Of a stretch of 64,000 bases of DNA, positions 25,353-40,300 are shown piece by piece. This DNA is from Candidatus Hydrothermarchaeales archaeon (GTDB lineage Archaea > Hydrothermarchaeota > Hydrothermarchaeia > Hydrothermarchaeales > JAZGAD01), in contig JAZGAD010000014.1 in the NCBI GenBank assembly GCA_036444275.1, positions 1 to 64,000 on the forward strand. The letters are read 5' to 3'. The notes below the pieces were generated by a model. That model did no database searches, was not told the DNA's origin, and saw only the letters and a program-made list of their open reading frames with translations. The translations under genes and the position numbers were made by a program. Position 1 is the first letter of the stretch; each line of letters opens with the position of its first letter.

Positions 25353-28300
25353 ATGAAGTTTAAACCTCCCAGTAGGATATTGGCAGCATGGATATTACCA
25401 TTTATACTAGCTTTAGCTATCTTTAGTTCTTTATTACAACCTTCTAGTAGTATTACTATACTAAACCCTAATGCTCATCCAAAGCTAGGGGACAACTGGA
25501 GCATCCACTTTTCTACCACAGGCTCTGGTATTCTGGAGATCTACGACCACTCCTTCCCAGAGGAAGTCGAGTTCATCGGCTTGTACGCCGAGATAGACGA
25601 TGAGTACAAGAAGGTCCAGGTGAGCATCAAAGGAGACTTGATAACTGCTAACTGGCACTACTCCTCTGGTGAAGCGATCTTCAAGGTTCTAACACCTCAG
25701 GAGCATTCTCTCGAGTTCAGGTTTGGAGAGCAGGTGGTCTATGCATACAACTTCGCTGACCTGCTTATCAACCTGACTGCTCCGTCTCAAGTCGCCAGGG
25801 GGCAGGTTATTGAGATTGGCGGTGAGGCAAGGAATCACGACTTGGCAGATGTCTCCTTGATCTATGTCTTGCCACAGGGCTTCGAGGTTGTTTCAGGCGA
25901 GAAGGTGAAGCACTGTGGAACCGGTTATCTTTGCGAGAGCAGTTTGGTTGTGGATACCTCTAAGGCAAAGCTTGGAGAAGGCGTAATAAAGCTCCAGGGA
26001 TGTGCCTACGGCGTATGTGAGAGCGAGAGCATTAACATCTTTGTGGATCGGGTGCTGACTGAGAAGGGGGAGCCTGTGCAGGAAGAGGTAGAGGTAGGCA
26101 AGCCTGTGCGCTGGAGGCAGCACATCCAGGTTAGGAATCCCCTGCATGCTCCTGTTTTCAATTATTCTCTGCCCCTGCCAGAGGATGCGTCTGGTATTGC
26201 TGCGCCGGTTATTGAGGAAGTTAAGCCTGGACAGAAACTAGGCTTCGACGTGATATTCTACACCGGGCCAGTGGAAGTAGAAGAAGAAGATCGTAACATT
26301 TCCCTGCGTTCTCTGATTCCAAAGAATGCCTTGAACATAAAGATAGATGGGAAGGTAGCTGACGCGGGCGCTCTAGATATTGAAATACCTGCTAAATTGG
26401 TTCGAGTGAAACATAATGCTTCGTTGCACTACCGCGATATACCTGTAAGCATAGGCGTTTCAACGAAAGAGGTGACAGTATTCTATGATGCCAATGCCGG
26501 GGTGCTGGATGTTAACTCTGGTCAGCTAGAAGTTGTGGAGGGCGAGGTTTTGGGAGATCAGCTGACTTGGGTTGTGCCCAAGCTCTCTGAGAAGAGGTAT
26601 TGGATAGCGCAGGTTCAAAGGACTCAAGGTAAGGCAGAAGTGAATAAGACTGTTGGTTGGACTCTGAAAGCCGGCGGTACAGTTGTCGAGTACGAGACGC
26701 CTGCGCCTGTTATGGAGGAGATACCGGTAGAGAATGGCACCCAGATGAGGGTTAAGAGCGATGTAAAGTACTCCAATGTAACTGCAACGGCTAGTGTTCC
26801 AGAGGGAAAGAATCGCACGTTACGCGTAAATGGGAAAGGGGAGTTTAAGTTTGCAGATGTGCCGAGCTTTGAGGTTGAGGCTACTGAAACGGGCCATGCT
26901 CTCTATTGGCTCAATGGAAGTGTAGAGCTCTTCAACGAGAGCAGGGATGTAACTAGCGATTCCGCGCATTCAGTTAGCTTCTTTGACGCTAACGGCAATG
27001 GCGTAAATGACAGCGTAACTTGGAACATACCCACCCTTTTGGAGCAAAATTACCTATTACAAGAGACAGCAAAGGTAGCGGAGATTCGAGCACGAGTCGA
27101 GGATGCCAAGGGCTATAGATTGCCGGTTGCTCCTGAGATCAGGCTTGTCGACGGGAAGTATAAAGTAACGATCCCGCAGGGCAGGGGGGTAAAGCCTGGG
27201 TTATACAAGCTCGTCGTTGAATCGGAGGCTGGTGTAGAGGAGCTGTGGTTTAAGTGGGGACTGATATCGATAAACACCAAGAAGAGTATGTATCATCCTG
27301 GCGAAGAAGCTGAGATACTAATGGTTGTACTGGACAAGGAGGGCCATCTCGTCTCTAACGCGGACGTCTCTTTTGTAGTTACTAATCCGATTGGTGTGCC
27401 TACGTTCTTCACGACGGACGATGGTTCGATCGTTGAAACTCAAAGGGGAATATACGAAGCAAGCTATCTAACTTTTCTGGAAAGCAATTATTCGCTCTTT
27501 GCCACTGCTAGTGCAGATGGGGTGGCAAGCACTATCAATTCATATTTCACAGTCAAGGAGTACTACGAGTTCGATATCCTAAGGGATACACCAGTGACCA
27601 TTGATCCTCAAAGAGGACCCTTTGATTCCTCTATAAAGGTGGTTTCATATACCGATGCATCTACTTTCACCCTGAGGGAATACTTACCGGCAGAATTTTC
27701 GATAGTTGATGCGGGCGGAGCTAAAGTTACTGTCGTCAACGACACGAAAGTATTGGAATGGAGCGATATTACCAATGGTTCAAAGGTTAGCTACAAGTTC
27801 AACACTCCTTACATCTGGCCTTACCTCTACATGATGGGACCGGCGGAAGTGGAGTATGCTTCTGGCACGTTTATAGAGGCAAGGCCGTGGATGCTGGCGG
27901 TTGATCCCTCAACTTGTGAAGGTAATACGTGCTATGAATGGTTTGAGGATACGCCGGGATATAGTGCTTCTGATGGTAGTACAGAAACTTATGAATGGAC
28001 ACCTCAGTCGTGTCCTGGGACATTAAACTGTTATATCCAAAATATCACGGTTAAGTTTAGGTTTACGAATCCATTTTCAGCGATCCGAACTGGGTTCGAA
28101 ATCTATTTTAGCAACATGTCTGGGGGAACAACGTATTATTACCCAGCATATCATGGGGCACTAAGTGCAGGAGGCCAAGTTGGTCCACAGTGGGCGTGTA
28201 ACTATACTGACAGTGCACAACCCTCAGGGTATTTAAATAACACCTGCAACTTAGCGCCGAGTGACGGATTTAACAAAACTACCCATAATGTAACTCTTGT

Positions 28301-31300
28301 TGCGCCGGGTAAAACCTTAACAGATGTATTAAACATAAAATACAAATGGGTCTGGACTCCAGCAATGCCACAATTGAGCGATGTAACCGTCACGCCTTCT
28401 TCCGCTGGTTGGGGAGCCCTCCGGAACTTCTCAGCATTTTACACAGACCCACAAGGCGACGCAGGCAACGTGACATTGTTCGCGAAGACCTCAACTAGCG
28501 GCTCCTTCACCTCCAAAAATCTGACAGCCATCACAAACGGTACGACCGCGTCGATATTTTACCGTTTTGACATCACCGACTTCGAAGCGCTCGGCGTCGG
28601 GTGGGAGTACAGGCTTAACGCATCTGACAATAATACTCCACCAAACTCCTACCTGACCAGTTCCTACACATTCACTGTCACCAAGGATGCCACCACCTTC
28701 CAGAACACAGAAGGCGACGGTGCCGTAATCAACCGCAGTGACTCTCTTCCAAACAATACTGTCCCTCTCTGGTCTTACATCTACGATATGGAAAATGAGA
28801 GTCTCGCACGTGCTAATTCCGCCGCAGGAAAAATAGAGGGGAGAATATGGATTAACAAGAACGCCAGCGCCGGATACGTGGGCACGGATGCCCACAGCGC
28901 AGAGACCGACAGTGATGGTAAATTCAAGGGCACCACAGAACTCTTCAACGCAAGCGGTTATTTCAACCCTGGCTGCACTTACACCACGGGTCAGCACGTC
29001 TGGTACGCTGAGACGCTGGCCCACACAAACTACACCCAGAACGACACCCTAGCCATCAACAGCGGCAACAACTACACGCTTTACATCTGGGGGACCCTGA
29101 GCAACTCCATAACATCGCCAGATCCACCCGGCAAAGAATATACGGTAGGCGAAAACGTGCCTCTCTACGGCACAGTCTATGATGATTGCAGTGTCCTCGT
29201 AACAGATGCAAATGTTACCTTCCGCGTGTACAATGCTACCCTTGGAGTAGATGATAACCTAACTGCGAGCTACAACCCTCCCCAGAACCGCTACGAAGCT
29301 TCCTGGAATTCCACGGGAAATAGTACTGGCATCTACCAGGTGGAGATGATATCTAACAAGAGTTACCACCCCGTGGACACCGCCCAGACGAACTTCACAC
29401 TCGTGGAGCTGATAACACTGAACTGGACCGTGGTTCAGGGAAATGGCTCGATCAGCAACAGAACAGGTGAAGAGATTAACACCCTGGTAGTGAGGATAAC
29501 CGATGACGCCACAAATCCGGTAACGAATGAGAACGCAACCCTCTGGATCACCTACGATGGGACCAACTCTATACAGAAAATCACCAACGAATCAAACAGC
29601 TCCGGATATCTCGTATATGATTTTAATGCGACCTGCGACCTCGATGTGGGTGAGCAGGAATGGAAATTGGTTATGCAGGACACAACCGAGTTCCAAAATC
29701 CGAACTCTTGGGATGATGGAAATGAGTATTACACGGATATATGGGGAACCACAACCCTTGATTTTGCTTATCCAATTGCCGGAATCTATGATATGGGTGG
29801 CCTGATAAGGCATGAAGGCTACGTCTACGACGACTGTGGCAGCGAGCTTGACGGTGCGACGGTCAATTTCACCATTGTCGGGCCGTCAACCAGTCCATCT
29901 CCATATTACTGCGAAAACGTCGAGGCGCCTCTAGCAGGCTTATACAAATGTAACTCTACCGCGGGGGAAGGTTGGGACTCATCTGGAATGGACGAGGGAT
30001 GGTACAACTCGACGATAAATGTATCCAAGAGTTACCACTACAACAACAGCGTGATAAAGACCAATGGAACCCAGTCTCTCTTCAACCTCCGGCTTACACC
30101 ACCTGACCTGTTCGACGCGGATGTCCAACCCAGAAAAGACGGCTGGGGCAAAAACTACACCTTCGCGGTTAACATCACCTATGCGGCTGGAAAAAACGTT
30201 AGCGTACTCCTGTACTATCAGCCCCAGTTGATGGAAGAAGAGCTTCTTGCATCCACCGGAAACTTTACCCTACCCTCATATACATATGCTGTCAACTTCA
30301 CCGATCAGACCTTTAACTCGACTCTGGTTGATAAGACTGTCAAATTCAGGTATGAGATTAAATACTATCCACCCGGTCTGGGTGAACAGAGCGTCTGGAC
30401 GACAATAACCGAGACGGGAGACTACAACCAGTCTAATACTACGGGTGTGGATGACAACGAGTTCTATTTGGAGAAGGATGATGTTCTCCTGAATTATTCT
30501 GCTGGGAATGAGTCCACCGCAAGCCTCCAGGTAGAAGCGACTTTTGTACTCCGCATCTGGGATATAACTCGGGGTGTCTGGATTAACGCGACCTCTACTT
30601 CTGTGAAGTTCAACGTAACTAAGAACTGGCCGAGTTCTGAAAATGTGACGGTGAATACTACGACGACGAATGCGACTGGCTATGCTTTTACGGATTTCTT
30701 GCCTGACACGAGCTACAGCTCGGGATTGCAGAAATGGTTCGGATATATCCCGGATACTGATCCCTATTACAAATTCAATGTCTCTGATATCTTTGATGTT
30801 AATCTTTCTATTCATCCACCGCAGCTCGTCAATGCCTCGGTGGATAAGACGACGGCTGGTTGGGGTGTGAATCGCACCTTCAGTGTAGAGGTAACTGATA
30901 CTGTGGACAACGCCACCGTAAGCCTCTGGAAGACTGATACAAGTGGATTCGTAGCAGATACAAACTGGACTTTCATAGCTGCGAAGAATTATACGGATGT
31001 CGGCAACTGGACGCAGCTTAACTTCACCACTAGCTTTTCACCGTCGGATATTGGGGGCTGGTATTACAAGTTCAACGCGAGCGACATCGCTGGAAACACC
31101 AATTATACTAGCGAGTCTTCCTATACTTTCACCGTCGACAAGGACGATGTTATCTTGGAGTACGTCCAGGGAGATGATTCCCCAGCGAATAGGTCTGACA
31201 ATCAAATCGACCGCTTGATCGTAAAGGTGAAGGATGAGAATGGCTCGTACATCGGTAATCTTAGTGTGACTTTCAAGGTGACCTTTGATGGCTCTATCTA

Positions 31301-34300
31301 TGATACGGGTACGGCGAACAATACGAATACCTCCGGCTACGCGATCTACAACTTCAATCCCGGATGCAGTAGTCCAAAGTACGGGGTGGGTGTGCAGAAC
31401 TGGACCGCGGTGAGCTCGGAAACGAATGCCTATAAGTCCAATTCATCTTCTATTTACAACCTCACAATATGGGGTGATAACGTCATCACTTTCGATAGGC
31501 CTGCCCCGTATCCGACTGGCTATTACGCTGTAGGTGATAGGGTGCCCTTCCGGGTCCTCATTAAGGATGAATGCGGCGATGAATTAGGGAAAAATGAAGA
31601 CTCGGATAAGGAGGTGAAGTTTTATGCTATAGGCCCGGATACTTCGCCGCAGACATATGACTGTGGAACTGTCTCCTCTAGTCTTACCGGTCTCTATGAA
31701 TGTGAGAGCGCTGCTGGCGGTTGGAACACTACAGGAAAGTCTGCGGGAGACTATAATGCTACTGCGGACGTATCTCTCGCTTATTACTACATCAACAACT
31801 CGATAAACAATAGGATCGTACCGGAACGTGATAACCTCACTCTGGCATCTGGTTCCGGTTGGTTCAGGCTTTATGTTCCATCTCAGCCCCCTGATCTCAC
31901 CGCTGCGGACGTTAACCCTAGGAAGGACGGTTGGGGCAAAAATCGAACCTTCTCGGTGAATGTGACAAGCCCCAAGAGCGGGAAGAACATAACTGTGGTT
32001 CTCGAGGTGAAGAAGAGCGGAGAAGATTATGCTCAGATCGGCGATGCCCAAAACTGGACTTCAGGCGGTACCGGTAGTTCTAAGATCCTTGAATGGAATG
32101 TCTCCTTTTATCCGGCGAATGTCTCTGTCTTACCCTACAAATTCAAGTTCACTGCGACCGATGAGGATTTGGAAGAAGATGTGACCAACATCCCGGCCGA
32201 GTATACGAATACTACACCCCTTGAAGGCATAGACGAGAACGAATTCAAAATCGAGAAGGACGATGTTCTCCTGAATTACACCGCTGGAAACGGGTCCCTC
32301 GTAAATCTTCAGGTAGAAGCGACTTTTGTGCTCCGTATTTGGGATATAACTCGGGGTGTCTGGGTCAACACGACCTCTGCCTCTGTGAAGTTCAATGTGA
32401 CCAAGAACTGGCCGAGTTCTGAAAATGTGACGGTGAATACCACGGCGACGAATGCGACTGGGCATGCTTTTACGGATTTCCTGCCTGACACGAGCTATAG
32501 CTCGGGATTGCAGAAATGGTTCGGATATATCTCGGATACTGATCCCTATTACAAATTCAATGTCTCTGATATCTTTGATGTTAATCTTTCTATTCATCCA
32601 CCGCAGCTCGTCAATGCCTCGGTGGATAAAGAGACGGCTGGTTGGGGTGTGAATCGCACCTTTAGTATAGAGGTGAGAGATACAGTGGATAACGCCACAT
32701 TGAGCCTCTGGAGGTCAAGCCAGATTGTTGGCCAACCTTGGTATCTCATAGCTGAGAAGAATTATACTGATGTGGGAAATTGGGTTCAACTGAACTTCAC
32801 CACCAGCTTTTCACCGTCCCTTATAGATACGTGGTATTACAAGTTCAACGCGAGCGACATCGCAGGAAACACCAACAGCACGGATGTTGTATCCACGCGT
32901 AACTTCACTATCGATAAGGACGACGTCATCTTGGAGTATGTTCAGGGAGATGATTCTACAGCGAATAGGTCTGGCAATCAAATCGATCCCTTGATTGTGA
33001 AGGTGCGGGATGAGAATGGCTCTTATGTCGGTAATCTTAGTGTGACTTTCAAGGTGACTTATGATGGCTCTAACTACGATAGTGGTACGCCGAAGGATAC
33101 AAATGGCTCTGGATATGCGATCTACAACTTTGACCCTGTTTGCACTCCAACAAAGTATCAGGTGGGTGTGCAGAACTGGACAGCGGAAGTCTTAGAGACG
33201 AATGCCTACAAGTCGAACTCGTCTTCTATCTACAATCTCACTGTGAGGGCTGAGTTCAACAACACCATTACTAAGCCGCCGGGAAATGAGAACTATACTT
33301 TGGGTGATACCCTTACCTTCCAAGCAGTTATCAGGGATGACTGCAACGATAACCTTGACGGGGTAACAGCCAACTTCTATGCCTCCAATGCCACCGTTGA
33401 GTATGACTGCGGCAATGTAACACTCATCCTCTCGGGAACGGGTATATACGAATGTACGTGGGCATCTGGTTTAGCAGAGGAGGGATGGTACAATGTAACA
33501 TTGAACACTACCTTGGGCAACTACCACTACTACAGCGATACCACGAAGTACGATCAACCCGGTCTCTTCTACCTGTTGTTTAAGGAACAACCCCCTGATC
33601 TAAACTCGGCTAATGTTACTCCTAGGAAGGATGGCTGGAGTCTCAACAGGACTTTCACGGTCAACGTAACAAGCCCCAAGAACGGGAAGAACGTCACCGT
33701 ATGGCTAGAGTTGAAGAAGGGCGGAGGCTCCTACAACCCCGAGGGTGACGAGCAGAACTGGACTTCAGGCGGTCCCGGTAGTTTCAGCATCCTCGAATGG
33801 AACATTTCCTTCTCCTCAACTGATGTTGACCTCTGGTTCTTCAAATTCCAGGCTAAGGATGCGGATGGGGTGACGGATACTACCTCTTTGACCGAGTCTG
33901 GCGATTATGTCAATGATACTAACGAGTTCAACGTCGAGAAGGACGATGTGAATATATCCTACATCTATGGAAACGAAACCGAGATCGCGACCTTATCCAA
34001 CCCGTCTACCTTCATACTTAAGATTTGCGACGAGGACGCAAACACATGCAACCTGACACCCAGTGCGAAGGTCAAGTTCAACGTGACCAAAGATGGTATT
34101 GGAACCGATTACTACGCCGCACGTGGTACGGATGGGAACGATTATAACTACACCAACGGCACTGGACATGTGGTCTTCGAGTTCCTTCCAGATACTAGCT
34201 GGAATTCGACTAAGCAGAGCTGGATCGGCTATGTTGTTGATGACTACTACAACTTCACCACGTCAGGCACCTACAATGTCACAGTGGATTTGAATAAGAA

Positions 34301-37300
34301 TCCGGACATCCTAAACGAGACCGTGAACGGTGTAACAGAGGATGCTAAACAGGGATGGGGATTCGTCTTCAACTTCTCGGTCATGGTCAAGGACGACAAG
34401 AACACCAATACAACCGTCGAGCTGTGGGTGGATACTGCCAACACCACTGGTAGTACATACAAGAAGGTGAACGAGACCCTATGCGAGAGCTGTGGCTCTG
34501 ATTGGAAAGAGATCAATCTCACCGTCAGGTTCAACAGCAGTGACATCGGTCCTGCATCCTACTACTTCAAGGCCATCGATAATACCTCGAACCCGAACCA
34601 GACTACCTCCCACGCCTTCACCATAGAAGAAGACGAGGTAACATTCGAGGTAAGCCCAGGTAGCAATGGGACGAATGTTATAGTCAACAGGAGCGCTGCC
34701 CAGGGGAACCTCCGATTGGCCGTCAGATTAAGGGATGAGAACACCAGCTACGTCGGCGCCAACGCTTCTACAACGCTCTACGTAACCACCTCCGGCTCTA
34801 CCTTTGATTCCGGACGCGACATAGACACGAACGCCTCTGGATATGTAAACTATGATTTCCTGCCCACATGCAGCAACCCAGAATACGAAGTCGGACTGCA
34901 CAACTGGTACGTCAAGGTAAAGGATAGTGATTCCCTTTATCAGCCCAATCAATCAGAGTACTACGTCTTCAGAGTGATAGGTACTCTCAGCAACACCATA
35001 ACCGAGCCCTTGGGCAGCCCCACCTACAACCAGTGGCAGACGATACTTCTCGAAGGCAATGTGTATAACTACTGCGGAGAGGGCATAGAGATCAACAACA
35101 CTTTGGCAGGCGAGAACCTCACCTTCACCCTCATCAACGGCACAAACAACTATACGTGCACAGACATCGTTAAAAGCGGTGTCAATACCTACAAGTGCTA
35201 CTGGGCTCCCTTCGCTTCCAATGCCATCCGCGGATGGTACAACCTGAACATGTTCTCCAACAAGTCAGGTTACTACGCCAACGAGACGACTCGGCTCAAC
35301 TCTTTCTACCTGCAGACACCGCCAAAGCTAGAGGATGCAAAGGTAGACCCAACGGATGAGGGCTGGGGCTACACCTTCAACTTCTCGGTTAATGTAACTG
35401 ATAACATCGACGACAACGTAACAGTAACGTTCTACGACAAGCGATCAGGGGATGAATCTTGGACCCTAGTAAGTGAGCAGAACTGGACAGCGGATGGAAC
35501 TACAGGAAGGCTGTACTGGAACAAGAGCTATGCCTCCACATATGCCGGCGAAACAATGTATTTCAAATTCGACGCAGACGATACAGAGGGCTTCGACGAC
35601 ACCATAGGAGGCGTGGGTGAATCTTGGGAGTTCAAACTCAGAAAGGATGATGTCGAGCTATTGTACATTCAGGGCAACGAGAGTGTGGTGGACCGCTTAG
35701 GTGCCCAGACAACTAGGTTCATACTGTATGCGAATGACACTGATCGCGCTGCACAGGCATATCCTCCGGCTGCTACGGTCTACTTCAACGTAACAAAGGA
35801 TTGGGAAAACTATACCGCTGCCACCAATCTAACCGGGCAAAACTACAACTACACTAATGCCTCTGGCTACGTAACCCTCGACTTCAATGCGACCTGCGAG
35901 CAAAACGTGGGCAAGCAGAAGTGGATAGGCTATATCCTCAACGACGACGCCTACAAGGACAATGTTTCAGCTGAATTCAACGTCACTGTAGTCGGCGACT
36001 TAATCAACAACATCACCCAACCGGATGGAGAAGAATACAACCAGACGGATCCCGTGCCGCTAAGGGGTAGGGTTACTGACGAGTGCGGCAATTCCATCCT
36101 CGGAATAAACGACACGGTCACCTTCACTGTGTCCAACGGCACCGCGAACTATCTCTGCACCCCCGTGGAGGACCAGGGCAATGGCTACTACAACTGCACC
36201 TTCGACACAAACCTCAGCATGGCCCCGGGCTGGTACAACATCACCATGAACTCATCGGCCGGAGATAACTACAACAACGCCACTCTTACCAAGCAGGCCT
36301 TCAGGCTCACCCCCGGGAACGTAGAACCCTACCTGAGCGATGCCCAAGTAACCCCTGCCAGCGAGGGATGGGGGATCACCAGGAACTTCAGCGTGGAGGT
36401 TATGGACCTTAACAGTGACGACGTCAACGTTATATTGTTCCTTTCGCCGGACGGCACAAACTGGGTTGAAATAGGAAACGACACGTGCCCGGGCTGCAGC
36501 AACTGGCAGACGCTGACCTTCCCCTACAGCTTCTCGAGGGAAAACTACTCCACCAACAACACTTGGCAGTTCAGGTTCAACGCAAGCGACGGGAATGTAA
36601 CCGTAACCCTGTCGAACACAACGGGCGCGATCCTTGAGAGGGACAACGTGAGCGTAGTCCTCGATCAGGGAGACGGGGCGATAGTGAACAGGTCGGGAGA
36701 TCAAACGGTAAGCCCAATCCTGAGACTCCAGGTGGTGGACAACGACAACTCCAGCATCACTGTGGCCGCCGATGTGACCGGGCGGTTCTACGTAACAGTG
36801 GACAATTCCAGCTGGGGCTCCGCCATCAACAAAAACACCACTACAGGAGGGAACCTGAGCCTCGACTTCAACCCGAACTGTACCTCTCCAAAGTACTATA
36901 CCGGCGTCCAGCAGTGGAGGGGGGAGACGAATGGAGATTTCTACTACGACGACAACTCCTCCATCAATTATACTTTGTATATATACGGGGAGCTCATCGC
37001 CACCATCGACCAGCCCAACGGGACACAGACCTACGCCCCGGGGCAGAACGTGACGATGGAGTTCAACGTGGTAGACGAATGCGGCGACAACGTTACGGGC
37101 ATGACTCCCCAAAACTTCACCGTTAACCTGACCCACAGCAACTACAGTGACCTCTGTACAAACATCCAAGTAGTAGGGAACGGCTCGTACAACTGCACAT
37201 GGAACTCCAGTGGTGCCGTCGGCGGGAACTACACCATCGCTATCGACCTAGGGAAGGACTACTACAACTCCAACTCAACTACGAGGCAGGACGCCTTCTC

Positions 37301-40300
37301 CATCAACGTTGCCCCTACTCTGGAGAACGTGGGCGTTGATCCCACCTCCAACTACTGGGGAACCACCTTCACCTTTAACGTCACCGTCACCGACGAGGAT
37401 GATACCGTTACCCTAAAGCTCTGGCATCGCTGCATATCCTCTTTGGGAACGAGCGACAGCTGCGACAGCATTAGAGACTGGACCCAGGTGGATACGACCG
37501 AGACCTGCCCTGACTGCACAGCTGAGCTAAGGCAGTTTACAAACACAACGGGCGACACATCTGTCGGCATATGGGAGTGGTTCATAAACGCAACCGACCA
37601 GGACGGGAATGAGGTAAACACCACTCCAGAGAACTACACCGTGACCAAGAGGGGCGTGATCATTTCTTACAACAATAAAGGAAACAATTCGTGGGTCAAC
37701 AGGTCCGACAACAACGTGACCGTTCTCGAGGTGAGGATGAGGGATGCAGAAAACCCGACAGGATGGTTGACATCCTCAGATGGAAACGGCTTTTACAGGG
37801 TGACTACCAATGGCTCGAATTGGGGTCCGAATATGACAGGCGCACAGCTCGACTCGCAAGGACGCCTCAAGGGCCCGGGTGGCGCTGACTTCGAGTTCGA
37901 CCCAACTTGCACCTCACCCACGTACCAGACAGGCGAGCAGAAGTGGTCCGCCGTGTTCAATGGGACCAAGAAGTACTACTACAACGAGTCTGCCAATTAC
38001 ACCCTGTATATACGGGATTATCTGATTAATAATATCACCTATCCCGACGGGGAGCCCTTTGATAAAAACACATATATGGACCTGAACGGCACGGTTGTGG
38101 ACTCCTGCGGCGGGGTGGACAACTCCACGGCCAACGTGGTCTTTGGCTTCATCCGGAACTTAACAGGCGCATCAGTACCACCTTCCTGCGGGGCTCCGAC
38201 CAATCCGAGCGGCGGCAATTATACCTGCAACGAGTCTCTCGCCAACGATAATTTCGGCTACTATCACGTCTGGATGAACACCACCGTTAACGACTACCCG
38301 TACCATCCAAATATCACCCTCTATAGGGAATTTGTCTTCAAAGTAGCGGCCACACCCGAGCTCAAAGACCCTGTAGTTGCCCCGACCCTTCAAGGCTGGG
38401 GGTACAACTTTGCCTTCAACGTGAGCTACAGGGATAACGAAGACCTTTCAGGGGAGAACAACAATATATCCCTCTACAAGGCCTACAACCAGAGCGGACC
38501 CTGGTACCTCATAGAAACTAAGAACGAGGACTACTGGACCACCACCTTTAAAAACATCACCTACTACTCCACCTTCAACAAGAGCGACCTCGATAATGCA
38601 ACGGCGGCAGATGGGGTCATATACTTCTTCTTCAACGCAACGGATACCAACAGCTTCACCGACAACACCACCGTAAAGAATTTCACCATCGAGAGGGACA
38701 ACGTCACCGTAGTTGCCACAAGCGGTGAAGGGGAGAACGTGACGAGGCTCGGTTCGGGTACCATCCTCCTACAGGTTCAGATAAACGATAATGACACCGC
38801 GGGTCAGCCGGCTGTGGCAGGCGCTAATGGCAGTATCTTCATAATCGGAGTAAATAAAACCACAAACATTACCGATGCAAGCGGCTACCTCTCTTACAAC
38901 CTGAATCCAGGATGCTCCCCGCTTTATCCGGCAGGTCTCAATTACTGGACGGGCGGAATAGACGGAGATGCGTATTACTTCGACAGAAATTCATCGCCAA
39001 ACTCCAACTTCACAGTGATCGGCCAGCTCTACAACAACCTCACCGAGCCCTTACAACCCACTTACAACGTCACAGAGAATATAACAATAAAGTTCTACGT
39101 CACCACCGACTGCTCTGGCGAAGGGAATCAGACGGTAAGCGGAAGGACGATAACCCTCATCCACAACCAGTCAGGCGCCAATAGTTCCTGCGGCACCATA
39201 AACTACAACCCTGCAGACGCGACATACAACTGCACATGGGATCCCACGGGAAAGCCCGAGGGCAACTACACCATAATAATCAACACCTCCAACCAGTCCT
39301 TCAACAGTGTCTCTGCTACATGGACCAATAGGTTTGAGCTTATAAACCAGCCCCCTGTTGTGGATGCAGTAAACCTCACGGTTGACCCGGATGAGGGTGG
39401 CTGGGGCGCTACCTACCTCTACAAGGTCTTCGTGGAGGATCCTGAGGGTGACGATGTGACATGCACCCTCTACGTTAACACCACTGGCTCTTGGGTCGAG
39501 AAGGGCTCTAACACTACTACAGGTGGGGTGGGTAACTGTTCCGTCACTGTGGATGGCTTTAACAAGTCGGACTACGACTACAATGTCACCCAGGCAAATC
39601 CCATCTCGTTCATGTTCGAGATAAACGACACCGGTTCCAATGAGCCCTTCAACACTTCGGATACCGTTGGGCAGGTATATCAGCCGGCCTTGCAGGAAGA
39701 CAACATCCAGATAATCCATATACAGGGTAATAATTCCGAGGTGAATCGTTCAGGCGTGCAGGCTACGACCTTCATCCTCCTCGTGAATGACTTGGATAAG
39801 GGCACCTATCTATCGAACCCCAATGTCACGGTGAAGTTCAACATCACCACCGACGGAAGCAACTACCAGCTTGATGGGAGCAACTTTACCAACTCTACCG
39901 GATACGCGATATACAACTTCGACCCCAATGGCACTTATGACGTGGGAGTGCAGAACTGGACCGCCTTCGTTGAGGGCGATACCTACTACGCCAACAATGC
40001 GTCCGCGGTCTTCAACGTAACCATCTACGGAATCTTCGAAACCCTAGATGCGGGTCCCTTCAACTTCTCCTCAAACACCTTTGACAAGACCTATCCCAGG
40101 GGAGAGAACGTCACCATAAGAGGGAACGTCACCGACGACAATAGCACCCTCGTGAGCGGGGCGACGGTCAACTTTACCCTCGTCAGAAACGGGGTATATT
40201 ATGGCTGTATGCCACCCATCGCAAATGGAGAGGGGAACGGGAGCTACAACTGCACCTTCGAGACAGGGGGAAAGCCCGCGGGATGGTACAACCTCTCTAT

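Noticed and set aside
30471-33250. Diversity-generating retroelement TR/VR pair
   Set aside because: Mismatches between the copies are not adenine-specific (T/C and G/A changes in both directions), both copies are in-frame coding, and no reverse transcriptase is in the window.
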